From Marsupella aquatica (Eukaryota; Plantae; Marchantiophyta), in the NCBI GenBank assembly GCA_973895155.1, contig OZ316897.1, positions 1,266,515 to 1,330,514 on the forward strand: a stretch of 64,000 bases of DNA. Direction: 5' to 3'. A program made the position numbers and the translations under genes. This document shows positions 51,001 to 60,534 of the stretch, piece after piece. Below the pieces are notes generated by a model. The model was not told the origin of the DNA. It did not search any database and was given only the letters and a program-made list of their open reading frames with translations. The number at the start of each line of letters is the position of its first letter. The stretch's first letter is position 1.

Positions 51001-51826
51001 AAAATCTGAAGAGATTATCCCATTTCTTAACAAGTACCTTGATTTTTTGAGAAGGAGTTGCACTGATGAGACATCTATAGCATATAAGGAAAGATTTCCT
51101 CTTGTGAAATATTGGGAGAGAATTGTGGAGTTGTTGACAAATGGGCTCGCACTAGAAGGGGAGGGAAGTACTCAATTTCCCTTGGAAAACAGATTTTGGC
51201 CTAAGACTAACCACGGCACTGGTTACAAGGTCAACCAACCGGAACAAAGTGGTCCTCCAAGTGAAGATGAGGAGAATGCAGAGATGACGGCTCTTCAAAA
51301 TGAGGTCTTGGAAGAGATGGAAGATCAGGCAGCACCATTTGTTGGATCTCGAGCTGAGAGAGAACAAGGACGATGGATTCCTTTACAAGATATTTGTGAA
51401 GGAAACTTTGTATTTCTTCGACCCGAGGATGACTGGGAGAATAAAAATGGTGGAGGTCATTTCTGGTTGGTGAGAGCTTTGGGTTTGGTGGACCCAAAGC
51501 ATGAAGTCCCAACTACATCTTCAACAAACCCTTCTCTGCCTCGACAGTACGCTCCAATGTTCCCAGTTGAATGGTGGAGGCCTAAACACTCTAGTAAACT
51601 TGATGTGACTGAGAGTGCGCGGTATCTAAATTGTTTCATGTCCACTAAGACATGGGAACGAGATCCAGGGTTTGGTGAGAATACTCAACATTGGCAGTAT
51701 GCAAATTCTGCAATGTATGGTTTTAAATCTGGAATGAAAGAAGAAAACATGGCAGGCAGAGGTTTGAAGATCCCTCGAAATGTTCTACAAACTGTCCAAA
51801 ATTATCTTCAAAGGATGGACAAGTAG
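48044..51826 (+). CDS. Sola1-like DDD/E transposase (~1250 aa) with three N-terminal Tnp1/En/Spm-like repeats
   Basis: Intact ORF. Motifs CCKQKC, VCRHAFAIIHGFS, FAKCTLC, IIHDKMDQ, LQMDNSAKDNKN, FLMVGHTHEDVDALFS. First ATG at 48066, preceded by a splice-acceptor-like TTTTCAGTGTGCAG. Confidence 0.88.
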   Translation: MQDNRKRMSQRFSRGDDVTLTMDGYDVGNGTVQKTDPQESVQNIVLGENRIGVLIEKAFGETRKLPFPMPRAENLHDAIDSCVIWDMSCAYRSADKITQKRISIGSCSTRKDNNIHNSANVQEDASTTLRPGDEVEMFISGHCVAFGVVFNTDPMERCHNILLGESRVSVKITDVIHGSKTLPYAHGGAATIEEAKGSWVLWDVVDVHNKVWNVDIDGSNKSSSKKQKDKADFVSQSCSANTTDTKCDYFHRANWMSELVELYTGLDRTKMVATGTITIPQVMAAVDDEILGDDHVGIAVKDVVAAQYFPNIHKGVVSLIRWRIDSTKLVANGKFLSDILVEGSERMDSMDRDELNADVSDRGVLRSRPYNFNKRNQVDPNEKKRRLLESKAISKTTEASIDDVKRENCCKQKCCLIMPRENIEDIRMEFHGMSSESKTSHIFNLFHYREDDVRDKGHHVLKGMVVCRHAFAIIHGFSHTKYYDYKRRYVEGCKIGFHGNTGLMKTRANTLHARALLEAFLTRNAEPMPHMPYGGAHGTDSIEYRLPACYKKLEILEDVRTKMKEEGLPPVTENTLYKIWSNSFANFSFHKDGAFAKCTLCCEYKDSLMRERRKKERAEIEEKRAQHLREQMSRRYVYYAHRVMAKQHPGEYLCIIHDKMDQAKTWIPKMVSTPKSLSGHGMPLPIALTGMLTHGRDPGVYAHFSVTGLWPGDADFTVTSLAKCLRDLEEYNGDKTGDMLDGLHWEPHRPFFQALLDFEAFLTGYLEPKNIPVNRYIGSEDRAESRTETVPNQQDEDDGEDMQGEQGSPSFKPLPRHLTLQMDNSAKDNKNQTVMAFCSELVSRGVFETVQMSFLMVGHTHEDVDALFSKVSYQVQHKEVATLLALMAEVWECESIHPVPRLIQEVASYKEYLQTFKVKDIQGHSKPVSFLFSMRDNVPIFQYKSHVKQAWAPLGGRCIWATDLTTNSLLLPSGEPLAKSIGEIHKKSEEIIPFLNKYLDFLRRSCTDETSIAYKERFPLVKYWERIVELLTNGLALEGEGSTQFPLENRFWPKTNHGTGYKVNQPEQSGPPSEDEENAEMTALQNEVLEEMEDQAAPFVGSRAEREQGRWIPLQDICEGNFVFLRPEDDWENKNGGGHFWLVRALGLVDPKHEVPTTSSTNPSLPRQYAPMFPVEWWRPKHSSKLDVTESARYLNCFMSTKTWERDPGFGENTQHWQYANSAMYGFKSGMKEENMAGRGLKIPRNVLQTVQNYLQRMDK

Positions 51827-52077
51827 ACTTAGTTGTTAGAAGCTATAATAATTAAATAGATAGTTACTAGTTTTTATGTAACTAAGATAGTCACTCATTC
51901 AAACATAGTAATTTATGTACTAGTTATTTACTATTCTAATAGTTTTAATGTGATACTATCTCCTCATTTTCTAAACTTTTGATCATTATAAATATGAATG
52001 TTTGCTTTTTCTACATAATTAAAAATGTTTTTCTATTCATTCCTTTCTTTTAAATGATTATAATAAGAGTTGGTAGG

Positions 52078-52403
52078 CAAATGTACACTTTTTAGGCCAA
52101 ATGTACACTTTATTGCACTAAAAGTTACACTTTCTAGACCAAATGCACTTAAATGTACACTTGTTAAGCCAAATGTATGCATTTTGCACTCAAATGTACA
52201 CTTTCTAGGCCAAATGTACTCAAATGTACACTTTTAAAGCCAAATGTATCTATTTTGATGTTCAAATTTACACTTTTCATTGCCCAAATGTACACTCTTT
52301 AGGCCAATTGTAAACTTTTCTATCCCCAAATGTACACTTTTCATTGGCCAAATGTACACTTTTCCAAGCCCAAAAGTACACTTTTCACTGCCCAAATGTA
52401 CAT
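52078..52403 (+). repeat. Right subterminal repeats AAATGTACACTT, ~14 copies, mostly 20-22-bp period
   Basis: Directly visible; same strand orientation as the left-end copies. Confidence 0.9.
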
Positions 52404-52854
52404 AAATCAAATAATAATACACTTTTAATGAATAGGCTGATAATTGCTTGCACATGCATCGCTCCTTGCACAAATTTGTCAACATAGTCAGCAACATGAG
52501 TTTTCCCGTCGGAGCTCATTTGTGCTCGCTGTGCAACATACTATATCCACCTTGATGATGTGAATTCTGGCAATTCTTCAAACACTAAAGGATGTTCTGG
52601 AGACTCCTCCAATACTGTGGAAGGACCTATTGCTTCAACCTCATCCCTTGTCAATGTAGACGTTGTTACTCCATGCCTAGAGTCTGTGGATGGACTTCTT
52701 GCTTCACCCTTGTCCCTTGTACGTGTAGGCATCTTTTGTGCATGCCTAGCATCACCCATTGTGGCGCACTCTGGCAAACTGTCCATACAGTCTATCATAG
52801 GCGCACTATGCAGTGAATATGGCACCAAAGCACAATTCTTCATTGCCTCGACAG

Positions 52855-53141
52855 CTCGGGGGGTCGACTATCAAAACTTTTAGGAACCACGTGCGATCCA
52901 AAATAGGTATTTTTGATAGAATTAAACTAAAATTTTAAAAAGCGTAGGAGGCAAAAGAAGGTATTATAAACTCATGTTTATAGAATATTCTCTAATATAT
53001 ACTTTTTATAAAATAAAATAGGTTATTAATATTGAAAACGGAGAATATTCTTGGAATGATTTTTTTATAAAATAGGTCTATTTATATTAGGCTAGGATCG
53101 CACGTGGTACCCCAAAATATACACTTAGTTAATCCCCCGAG
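52855..53141. mobile_element. MITE family A copy 2 (inverted relative to copies 1 and 3)
   Basis: TIRs CTCGGGGG...CCCCCGAG. TSD CTCGACAG / CTCGATAG. Confidence 0.92.
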
Positions 53142-53688
53142 CTCGATAGCTTCACCTGTCAATGCCCTGGGCCCCCAGCCTTTGTAAACTAAAGAGATAT
53201 ACGTGCATACACCTCCCTCCCTAGTACCCCTTATTATTTTTGGAAGCCTATAAAAATTTCTCTTGTTATTCTTAAAAACTTAATTTTGGAGAATAAATCT
53301 GCCCCTTTGAGATATTATAATTTCTCATTTTACACCATTTATGAAAGCCTTGAAAAGTTATAAATTCATCATGTGCAAACGGTTCTAAAACTGATGGGAG
53401 TGTTTTGGAAGGGTTTTGGGTACATACATTTTTGTGTTCGTGACCCTTTAACCCCAAACTTCAACTTTGGGGCATTTCTGAACCACGGGGCAGGGTAGTC
53501 AAGGTTCAAAAGCTCCAAAGTCCTAAACTACTCTAAATCATAGATGTTGCAAGCATAATTATGTGTCATATACACATGTTCCAATAAAGGGTGGCCACAA
53601 GGACCAATCCTATTGTGACGCGTGTCACATCCATATTACATCACCTCTTGAAGCATATTAACTTGGGCGACATTTATATAAGCCTATA

Positions 53689-56141
53689 TTAGTTAGAAAG
53701 GGTTCTTTGAATAAAACCATCCCTTGATATTTCTAAGCCAATTATAAAAATTAATCTCAAATCAGATTTTTTGCACCCTTCATCCATTCGCACGTCCAGC
53801 CCATTATTAATAATGTTGGGGGTCAATGCCAATCTATCATTCTCCACGGGATCAGCCTTGTTTGTATTCAGTTGTGTACTGACCTTGGATCCCGGATTCT
53901 CCTGTACCTCCTCGATCATGGCATGGTCTGGTTGGAGTAGTCGACACTCATGATCGGATGCCACACCTTCCTTTGGGTTGTCTGAAGGAGTTGATCGACA
54001 CCACGCTATAGCAAACATTATCACATTACTAAAGGGCAGCAAAGACTCATCATATGTCATATTAAACATACCTCCGCTAGGACCTTCACTTTGCCCGCTT
54101 GTTGTAGGTGCTTTTTGAGTTTCACTGGTTACTGCTTGTTCAGTATCAGTTCCTTCAATTGGAGGCTCCCTTTCTTCCCCATTGGTGGAATTGTCCAACA
54201 CCTTTCCTAATAACCCTTCCACACGGAGTGGGACAGTTTCATCAATTGTAGGCTCCCTTGCCTCATCATCAATGGAATTGTCCAAGACTTTTCCTAATAC
54301 CCCTTCCATACGGAGTGGGAGAGCTTCACGCGCAACTTCATCATCAAGCCCTTCAATTGCAGGCTCCCTTGCTTGATCATCGGTGGAATTGTCCAACACC
54401 TTTCCCAATACCCCTTCGACAGGAAGTGAGATAGCATCTCCTGAACGTCCTTCATCATTGGTGGAATTTTCAAAGACTTTTCCTGGTTCTTCTTCTATAG
54501 GGAGTGGTACAGCTTCTCCGGAACCTCCTTTAAATGCAGGCTCCATCGCTTCATCATTGCTGGAAATAATGTCCAAGACCCTTCCTGATACCCCTTCCAT
54601 AGGGAGTGGAACAGGCTCTTGTTCATTTCCTCTTTCAAATGGAGTATCACTTGCTTCATCAAAGCTGGAAATTTCCGAGGCCATTCGTAAGACCCCTTGG
54701 GTAGGTAGTGCGACAGCTTGGAACTCTTGCCTTGGCCTTTCTCTTAACACTCCAATGGTGGTCGCTGCGCGCAGCACAACAACGTATGACATATCAAGTC
54801 AAAGGAGATCGAAGTAAAGGTTTCCCCATAAATGCTAGCACGCATCCTCAGTACATTACTTAATAATGCACAACTAAATAGTTTGCAAAAAACAACCAGG
54901 CTCAAATTGAACCTGCAAAAGAGTTGCATACCTTCTTGTTCATTGTTGCTTCCATCGGATCCATCGATAGGAACTCCCTACGGCCCATGAGTAGACATGT
55001 CACCAAATTGTTGGTGGATCGATACACTTTTAACTTGAACTTCGTCACTAGTTTGACCTATCTTCCTCCAAACTGAACGTGAGCTCCCAACATTTGTTGG
55101 TGACTCTTGCAGACGCTTTCTACTTGGTCTTACTGCAGCACTACCGTTTACATATTCTTGTCCGCCTCGTACAGTTTGAATTTTTCTTCTCCCAATTTCC
55201 AAACCCCGCTTTTTGTTAGGGTTAGCTGGTTTTGTGCGCTGTGACGAGTGTACCACAGAATCGGAACCAGGCCCCAATTTGACAAGATCATCACTCATGA
55301 TCAGCTCAGGAGAACATCTGAATTTCTTCATCAATCTGCCTTTAAGGATCAAATACCTCACCACATGGCAAACGGCTGTACTTCCGTAAAATCCATATGG
55401 ACGACTTGTAGTCATCCCTATATCCAAGCTCTTCATATGGGTTTGCATACCCTTCACTACTTTTGTGAGCAGATCCTCCACCAAATTCGCCCATGGCAGC
55501 TTCGCCAAGCCTTTCGTGAATGCTTTGTAGTAGTACGCAACCTCTCCGTTCATAGTCTCGGGTTTTGTCAAACCGAGAAACAATCTATTCACCACACGCA
55601 TGATAGGCTTCCAATCTTCATGCACACAAAGCTGAATTCTATACCCATTCCCAGATTGTTTGCCCTTTGAGAACAAATCATCAGTATCACACAATCGTCG
55701 TTTTGCTCTGTATTCCTCTCCAGTAGGTGCAAACTTGGGGGGTTAACTAAGTGTATATTTTGAGGTACCACGTGCGATCCTAGCCTAATATAAATACCTA
55801 GGCCTATTTTATAAAGAAAAAATTCCAAGAATATTCTTGATTTTTAATATTAATAACCTATTTTACTTTATAAAAGGTATATATTAGAGATATTCCATAA
55901 CATGAGTTTATAATACCTTCTTTTGCCTCATACGCTTTTTAAAAATTTAGTTAATTTCTATCAAAAATACCTATTTTGGACCGCACATGGTTCCTAAGAT
56001 TTTTGATAGTCAACCCCCCGAGGCTGCAAAGCACATTGCTTCTTGAATGACAGTAGGTCCAATTTGCACGACGTTCTTGCCTTCGCATATCTCTCATGTC
56101 TTTGGATCAAAATATTGCAGGAAGTAACGAAGGAACTCCAT
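53689..56141 (-). pseudogene. Transposon accessory gene (plant-mobile-domain-like N-terminus plus acidic ~35-aa repeats), broken by a MITE and stops
   Basis: Removing MITE A copy 3 restores QEAMCFAPTGEEYRAKRRLCDTDDLFSK. Downstream ORF 54792-53689 has five LPxEGVLGKVLDNSxxDExREP-type repeats. Joining the two parts into one gene is inferred. Confidence 0.6.
55734..56022. mobile_element. MITE family A copy 3
   Basis: TIRs CTTGGGGGGTT / AACCCCCCGAG. TSD GGTGCAAA / GCTGCAAA. Confidence 0.92.
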
Positions 56142-57994
56142 CTGCTCAACAAATGAAGAACAGAATGCAATAACATTTACTTATAGTAACAAACCTGACA
56201 TACACTTAAAAGTGACCTATGAAAGCTCAAAAGTTAAGCAAGGCGTTGGAAAAGTGACCTATGAAAGTTCAAAAGTTAGGCAAGGGGTTGGAAATTTGGT
56301 CAAATGAATGTACATTGTAACCCTCGTAATTCAATGAAGACGGAGTCAACAGTCCTATTACAGCCAGAAGCCCTGTATCTGTCGTAGCCAGCGTTGCCCG
56401 TATCCAGTTTGCTGTGACATAATGCAAATGTGCCTTCATCTCTGCAAAATCCATCAACGATTTAGATTGGCAATTTACAATTAGAAAGTCCACATAACAT
56501 GAACAATGATGTTGTTGCGCTTACCACTGTCGTAAATCTTCAAATCCTTTGGTGGCTTGTACTCTGTCACTCATCCAATTGCACCCCTCCCAAGCGCCAT
56601 TGGAAACTCCCTCGATAGATGTTCTTTCTAAACAAGTTGTACCAAAATAAAAAACAATAGGGCCACAACACAAAAGGTGCAGTCCTCAAGTGGCGACAAA
56701 CAAAGACTCCAAGACCGGAACTAAATTTGGACGTTGTCCAATATCATTTGCGCCGCCGATTTTTGAAATGATCCACGTTCCAAAAAGCATTGTACCCAAG
56801 CTAAGCAGGTCATGCTCTTCCCTTTGTAAGTTACTTTCGAAAACTTATGACACAAATGACCTACTGTATTTGTGGAGAATTGTGGCAAACATTCATCCGC
56901 AACAATCCGCATGACATCACCAAATGAATTTGGCAACACAACAGTCCATGCTTAAACATGTCAGCCCAAGAATGGCGGGTGGCGTTCCTTGCTATGACAA
57001 AATCAAGTACAGAGGACGGTAATTGTAGTAGAGCAGCAGCCGGCTCTTTTCAAACAGTAAGAGTAACTTATGTTCAGTTCGACCACTGGAGAGGATAACC
57101 CCCTCTGCTCCGCTTCACTACTTCCAACCCTATTACTAGCCCTTCAACGTCTACAACCAAAATATCAGCATTAGTGCTGACAGATGCCTCCCACACCTGA
57201 CACCCGTCCCGGATGCGTCTATTCACCCAACTAACTTGGACGGTGTTGGAACTCCTGCTACTGGTTGCAAGGACTTGTTCTTGGTGATCGTCATCTTCCA
57301 CTAGTTCCGTGTTGTAATGATGCCTTCTAGGGTTCAAATGGATAGCACCAATAGACCCAGTGTGGGCCATGTCATTTTATGTCATCCAGCAACTCCCCGC
57401 TGCCTGGAATACCAATCACTATTGATAGCGTCAACAAAATCTGCCGCCCGGTTCATGAATCACACATGGGGGCGTCAACAAAACTGACATCTGTCAAAAC
57501 GTGTTGAATGGATTGGTGTGAAAACATTCAAGGAATGAACCTGCAACATGCTCAAGGACTGAGCCATTCACTCCAAAATGCTCCTCACACGCCATGATGC
57601 TAGTAGACTCCGCGCTGTCTCTAACGTTGAAATCCGCCATCCACCTTCTCTACTTTGTATGTAAAACAATCTTCCAATCTCAAACAGAAGCATACCAATA
57701 GAACCTAGCGGAGTGTCAAGACCAAATCCTAAACTATATAGAATGTGTGGTAGGCAATAGATAACAAAGCGAGTGTACTCCTCCGCCTTGAAGTAGCCTA
57801 GCCTATCTCGTGGATCTTTGGGCCATCTGCCATCTAGTCCTTTGGTCTTCCTAGCAGTCACCACCGCTAAAGCTTCTTCCAGGACTGTCATTTGCGAAGG
57901 TGTCAAATTTTTTATCAAGTTTGTTATGTAAGTCTTGAAGACATTCAATGCGAGGACGTGCATGACATCGTATACTAGATCTGAAATCAAATAG

Positions 57995-58197
57995 CCCTGG
58001 GCCCTCAGTCTTAACTAATACGTGGAGGACGTGCAAACGCTTGAAGGATAATTTTTATTCATTTTGAACTAATAATTATAATTATTACCGGTAATAAGGG
58101 AACTTTTAATAGTAAAATGGAAATAACAAGGGGTAAACAGAAAAAGTGCCTGATCGCAAGGGGGTCCACTTCTTTTACACGGAGTGAGGGCCCAGGG
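57995..58197. mobile_element. 203-bp MITE family B (13-bp TIR CCCTGGGCCCTCA, 8-bp TSD)
   Basis: TSD TCAAATAG / TCAAACAG. Removal restores the transposase frame FGFCLISDLVYDVMH. Confidence 0.88.
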
Positions 58198-58814
58198 TCA
58201 AACAGAAACCAAACGTATCTGATAACCTCCAAGCCTTGGACAATTGGTTGATTCCATGCTCCTGGGATATGCGTAACCTTGTAACTTCAGTATCACAGAG
58301 AGGGTACCTCTCGGCAGCAGCTTGAGTGGCTTTCCAATCACGTTTGGCAGGAGGATGGCGATGCAAAAAGCGATTGTTACCATAGACAATAATTCCTTTT
58401 GGCCCTCTGCCAGTCGTGTTTGAAGCTTTCTTCCAAGTGCCTTGCACTTGGCATCTCCTGCATGGTGCTTTCCCCCTTTGACACCACCCTCCAAATTTGC
58501 ATTGGGCTGGGTGGTCATTTGTGAACACCATTAGTCTTACCCTGCATACCATGTCTGTAGACGTGATGAGGGGATGAATAAGCTTGGGTGCGTACGAGAA
58601 ATGGAGCGGGAATCCGGTAGTCACCAACATCTGGAGATCTCGATAGACAGGCTCCATGAATGCCTCTAAAACATGGAGTTTAATCTTTGTGATCTTTTCC
58701 ATGGCGCTATTAATTTGGTATGAATAGAATTGGTACAGGACGCCTAATGTCGGATTGGCTACCCATATTGAGAATACTTACCTCCACTGTGCATGTACTT
58801 CGCATCACTGAAGA

Positions 58815-60534
58815 TGTGGAAAGGAGACTTTTGCTGAAACACGACCATAAGAGAAAAATCTGAATTGTTTCAAACTTTTTGAGCAAAAACGACGCTTTCT
58901 GAAGCGTCTACTTTCCATTTGGCGGTTAACTCACTTCAGTCTAACTAAGGACGCTTTCTGAAGCGTCCCCAGTTACAAGGCCAATAAACCTCAAGACAGC
59001 TGAGGCGTCCATGTGTGCTGCCAACCAGATGCGACCCCCTTAACCACGACGCTTTTTGAGCCGTCCTTCACCGATACCACGGAACAGAAGACGCTTCGTG
59101 AAACGTCTATTCGAACCAGACACCGGACGCTTTAAGACGCTTTCTGAAGCGTCCGCTAACCCCAAAGTCCGATGAGACACTTTCTGAAGCGTCCACATGA
59201 GAAGTGACGCCTTCTGAAGCGTCCGACCGTGTTCGAAGACAAAGCAGAATCGACGCTTTCTGAAGCGTCCGCCAAGACAGACTTCGCCGCTTTCTGAAGC
59301 GTCCCACCTGAAGGCCGGAAGACGGACGCCGCGACCAAAATCTCAAAATTCAGCCGATGCTTTCTGAAGCGTCCACAAAAGTCCTTTGTGGGTTTGGACG
59401 CTTTCTGAAGCGTCCACTATCTTCCCAACACTTAGAAATATTTCTGATTTCCGCACTTTTATAACACCGTGCCACTTTCACCGATTTATTTGAGGCACTT
59501 AGAGACCTCAGAAAAGTCTGAAACTTTACCAGCATAGAGATTATATGTAGTAGAGTACTCTAGAAAAGTCTCAGCTCATTCCGACTTTTAGTTTAGAAGT
59601 TAAAATTAGACTAACACCACTGTTTATTAGTTTTACCGGAAAGCACCGACGCTCTACAAAGCGTCCACTAAGTCTCCAATGCATTTCTTTATTTCTTTTA
59701 GGATTGTCTTTTAGATATTTGAGGTTTGAAAAGTCATGCCTTTTCAGTTAAGGGAACCTTTACTTATAAAACCTCATGGTTTTTCCATTCGGAAGAAGGG
59801 GGGACAATTCCAATCAGACTTCTGTTAGTTTTCCCTCCTTCCATTTTAACAAGAAAAGTCTTGTATGGAAGTAAATCTTATGTTTGAATTTATGAATTCA
59901 AGAAATTTCTTGATACTTGAATTCAGTTATAAACTTCTGTGACTTACATTGAATTCACTGCTAGGCTTGCTTGAAGGGTCAAGATTCGCTAGCTAATTCA
60001 AGAGTTGTTGTTTGATATGTGAGAAGTAAAGTTTGGTTCTCAGAGTATTCAGTACCGTTACTTTGTTTATGGAATATGATTTAGTGTTTGACGGAATTGC
60101 GTATCGCTGATGTCAAACCATGTTGCCGGCATCTTAAGTCATATCATTACATTTGTAACCAGAGCAATACTTGTTTAGCAAATTGGAAGTTCCTTATCAT
60201 GCAATTTTATTTAGTCAGGAGAGAAATTAGTGAGTTATGAGACTTGTTTTATGTCTATTCTAAGACCATAGTCCTTTTTGAAGGAGTGGCAATAGCTAAT
60301 CAGAGTTTTCAGACCATAATTGACTCTCTCTTGACTCATAAGACAGAAGTTTATTTACTTTGGTGTTTTGTTTATTTGATCTTTTAGTGAGAAACAAGAA
60401 ATCTATGTGCTGAGAGCTTTAGATTACTCAGAGAGATAAATTCATTCAATTCTTTCCAAATCTGTTCTTAAAGGGATCGTATTCCGAGTCTTTATGTAAA
60501 AAGTGTTCCTTTTTGTTCTTTTGGCTATACGACA
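58815..60534 (+). mobile_element. Solo LTR, 1720 bp
   Basis: TG...CA termini and perfect 5-bp TSD GAAGA (58810-58814, 60535-60539). Removal restores DGFQSASSVMRST. Strand inferred only from the repeat-rich U3-like left half. Confidence 0.92.

Larger units (their letters stand above)
39381..52441. mobile_element. Cargo-carrying Sola1-like cut-and-paste DNA transposon, 13,061 bp
   Basis: 26-bp TIRs ATCAACCTATTCATTAAAAGTGTATT (39381-39406) and its inverse at 52416-52441, one mismatch. Flanked by AATT on both sides (39377-39380, 52442-52445). AAATGTACACTT subterminal repeats at both ends and an intact transposase ORF. The flank is palindromic (GCAATT/AATTGC), so the exact TIR/TSD split is inferred from the known Sola1 AWWT preference. 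Confidence 0.85.

Noticed and set aside
53165-53495. Second family-B-like MITE starting CCCTGGGCCC
   Set aside because: Right TIR and TSD match poorly; boundaries cannot be supported.
58890-59420. CRISPR-like repeat/spacer pattern
   Set aside because: Repeat is only 18 bp, spacing is irregular, it lies inside a TSD-flanked solo LTR in eukaryotic DNA, and there are no cas genes.
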